DNA of 64,000 nucleotides. It comes from Candidatus Multivorans sp. (GTDB taxonomy: Bacteria > Acidobacteriota > Thermoanaerobaculia > Multivoradales > Multivoraceae). The notes under the pieces are model-generated. The model ran no database searches, was not told the origin of the DNA, and was given only the letters and a program-made list of their open reading frames with translations. The stretch is taken from positions 1,728,001 through 1,792,000 of the forward strand of contig OZ245033.1 of NCBI GenBank assembly GCA_965224025.1, in the 5' to 3' direction. Below, in pieces: positions 61,744-64,000 of this stretch (its first letter is position 1; every line of letters begins with the position of its first letter). Position numbers and translations under genes: made by a program.

Positions 61744-63186
61744 ATGAACCTGCGCGCCGTTTCCGGTCTGGTCGGGCGGCTGCTGTTGCTGCTCGCCGGC
61801 GCGCAGTTGATCCCCTTCTCGTTCGCGCTCTGGCACGGCGAGGAGCGGACCGCGGCGGCGCTCGGCGGCTCGCTGCTTGTCTGCGCCGCGGCCGGAGTGG
61901 CGGCTCACTGGTGGGGCAAACCGCACGAAAAGATCTACCGGCGCGAGGCGATCCTGGTCGTGGTCGGCGCCTACGTCCTGGCCTCCTTCTTCGGCGCGCT
62001 TCCCTACGTCCTGAGCGGCGAGATCACGGACCCGATCGCGGCGCTGTTCGAATCCGCTTCGGGGTTCACGACCACGGGCGCCTCCATCCTGACCGACATC
62101 GAGCAACTGAGCGCCAGCATCCTGCTCTGGCGGAGCCTGACCCAGTGGCTCGGCGGCATGGGGATTCTGCTCCTGTTCGTCGCCCTGTTCCCGAGCCTGG
62201 GACCCGGCGCCCGTCTGCTCTACCGACTGGAGGTGCCGGGGCCCACCCAGGACATCATGCAGCCCCAGGTGCAGAAGACGGCGACCGTGCTCTGGCAGAT
62301 CTACGTCGGCCTGACCATCGCGCTCATTCTGCTGCTGCTGGCGGGCGGCGCCGGCCAGTACGAGGCCTTCTGCTACGCGCTGACGACCGTGTCCATCGGC
62401 GGTTTCGCGCCCCTGAACGCGAGTGTCGCCGCGTTCGACTCCGCCTTCATCGAATGGACGGTCATCGCCTTCATGCTGATCGCCGGCATCAACTTCTCGC
62501 TGATCTTCGCGGTCCGTTCACGGCCCGGCCAGCTCTACCGGGACACCGAGTTCCGGGCCTATGCGTCTATCGCCGCGGTGTTGGTGGCTCTGGTCACCGT
62601 GGATCGCTGGCGCAGCACCGATCTGCCGTTCCTGGAGGCGCTCCGCGAGGCCGCCTTCAACTCGGTGTCGCTGATGACGACGACCGGATACACGACCCGG
62701 GACTACGACTCCTGGAGCGACACCTCGCGCACCCTGCTGCTGCTCGCCATGTTCGTGGGCGGCTGCGCGGGCTCGACCGCTGGCGGCGTCAAGGTCGGTC
62801 GCCTGGTGATGACGCTCAAGATGGCGCTGCGGGAGGTGCAGCTCATGTTCAACCCGCGCCGCGTGCTGGCGCTGCGGGTCGGCAACCGGACGATCAGCGA
62901 TCAGGCGGCGCGCAGCCTGGGCGGCTTCATGACCCTGTTCGCCTTCCTGTGGCTGGGCGTCGCCGCCACCCTCGCCCTCGCCGGCAACGACATGGTCACC
63001 TCGCTGTCGTCGTCGCTGGCCTGCCTGTCGAATGTCGGCCCAGCGATGGGAGCGGCGGGGCCGAGTCTGGACTACAGCTTCTTCGCCGGTTGGGAGAAGC
63101 TGCTGCTGATCTTCCTGATGTGGCTGGGCCGGCTCGAGATCTTGGCCGTGGCGGCGATCTTCCTGCCCGTGTTCTGGCGCCGCTGA
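61744..63186 (+). CDS. trkH: TrkH-family potassium uptake permease
   Basis: FESASGFTTTGAS, QWLGGMGI, TTTGY, GGCAGSTAGGVK, NVGP, MWLGRLEI. Confidence 0.92.
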   Translation: MNLRAVSGLVGRLLLLLAGAQLIPFSFALWHGEERTAAALGGSLLVCAAAGVAAHWWGKPHEKIYRREAILVVVGAYVLASFFGALPYVLSGEITDPIAALFESASGFTTTGASILTDIEQLSASILLWRSLTQWLGGMGILLLFVALFPSLGPGARLLYRLEVPGPTQDIMQPQVQKTATVLWQIYVGLTIALILLLLAGGAGQYEAFCYALTTVSIGGFAPLNASVAAFDSAFIEWTVIAFMLIAGINFSLIFAVRSRPGQLYRDTEFRAYASIAAVLVALVTVDRWRSTDLPFLEALREAAFNSVSLMTTTGYTTRDYDSWSDTSRTLLLLAMFVGGCAGSTAGGVKVGRLVMTLKMALREVQLMFNPRRVLALRVGNRTISDQAARSLGGFMTLFAFLWLGVAATLALAGNDMVTSLSSSLACLSNVGPAMGAAGPSLDYSFFAGWEKLLLIFLMWLGRLEILAVAAIFLPVFWRR

Positions 63187-63190
63187 GCCT

Positions 63191-63781
63191 CTACTCGACG
63201 CGGCAGACTTCGGCGAACTCCGGCCGCGGCAGACGGGGGAAGTGGCCCTCGGGATCGCCGTAGCCGATCGAACACAGGAAGTTGGAGCGCACCGAAGTGC
63301 CGGCGAAGAACATCTCGTCGCACTTCGCATTGTCGAACCCCGACATCGGGCCACAGTCGAGGCCCAGCGAGCGTGCCGCGAGCATGAAGTAGGCCCCCTG
63401 GAGAGTGGCGTTCCGGAACGCGGTGACCTCGGCCAGTGCGGAGTCGCCCCGAAACATCTCGGCCATGCCCGGGTTGTGCGCGAACAGAACGTCCATCTTC
63501 TCGAAGAAGGCGAGGTCGTAGCCGAGAATGGCCGTCGCGGGCGCCTGCCGGATCTTGTCCTGGTTGCCCGGCATGGCGATTGAAGCCAGCCTTTCCTTCG
63601 CTTCATCGCTCACTGTGAAGACGACCCGCTGCGGCCAGCAGTTCGCGCTGGTCGGGCCCCACTTCATCAGGTCGTGGAGTTCGCGCAGGGCCTCTTCGGG
63701 TACCTCCCGTGGCAACCACCGGTTCTGGCTGCGAGCGTCGCGGAAGAGGACATCCATGGCGTCGTCGTGGATCTTCGGCAT
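63191..63781 (-). CDS. rutE: Malonic semialdehyde reductase / RutE-like nitroreductase
   Basis: LFRDARSQN, WGPTSANC, FRNATLQGAYFMLAARSLGLDCGPMSGFDN, PRLPR. Confidence 0.85.
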   Translation of the reverse strand: MPKIHDDAMDVLFRDARSQNRWLPREVPEEALRELHDLMKWGPTSANCWPQRVVFTVSDEAKERLASIAMPGNQDKIRQAPATAILGYDLAFFEKMDVLFAHNPGMAEMFRGDSALAEVTAFRNATLQGAYFMLAARSLGLDCGPMSGFDNAKCDEMFFAGTSVRSNFLCSIGYGDPEGHFPRLPRPEFAEVCRVE

Positions 63782-63810
63782 CGCGCTTCCCCCGGCGGAT
63801 GATACGTCGC

Positions 63811-64000
63811 TCAGTCCGTCGCGGCGGCGCGCCGAAACAGCGATGCGACGTGCCCCTCGGGCAAGGGCTTGGTCGCCAGCGACACCGCCGCGGTGCATCC
63901 GATCGCGAACAGCCCCGCCAGCGCCGCGCAGGAGGTCGGGTTCGGAGACTCACCGTGGAGCCACGAGAACACCGGATGCAGAAAACTGCCCTCGAACCAT
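63811..64000 (-). CDS. C-terminus of a membrane protein, probably a sodium:solute symporter (partial)
   Basis: Manual translation ...AALAGLFAIGCTAAVSLATKPLPEGHVASLFRRAAATD*. Confidence 0.5.
   Translation of the reverse strand, partial: WFEGSFLHPVFSWLHGESPNPTSCAALAGLFAIGCTAAVSLATKPLPEGHVASLFRRAAATD

Overview
This is a high-GC bacterial window. Its gene content (TonB receptor, sulfatase, PQQ/WD40 propellers, DUF1549/DUF1553-DUF1501 cluster, many small TA modules) suggests an Acidobacteriota-like or planctomycete-like heterotroph, but that taxonomy is inference only. It holds about 45 CDS or remnants: catabolic and periplasmic genes, an NrtR regulator divergent from an ARPP-1/DUF6569 gene with two readable operators, an Hhe-like defence helicase next to a decayed dCTP-deaminase-like/TM gene, an orphan adenine MTase, an orphan HsdR and several broken TA modules. 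There are two IS elements. An ISL3 with an 8-bp TSD interrupts a GIY-YIG-like gene. The standout is a complete IS110 element whose non-coding end contains a readable bridge RNA. Its two guide loops match the element's own ends and its flanking target (CC core, REP-like target), a hybrid promoter would form on circularisation, and an unoccupied 14-bp target match lies elsewhere in the window. All annotations were made by eye without database searches, and some frameshifts could be sequencing or assembly errors. I found no rRNA, tRNA or CRISPR array.
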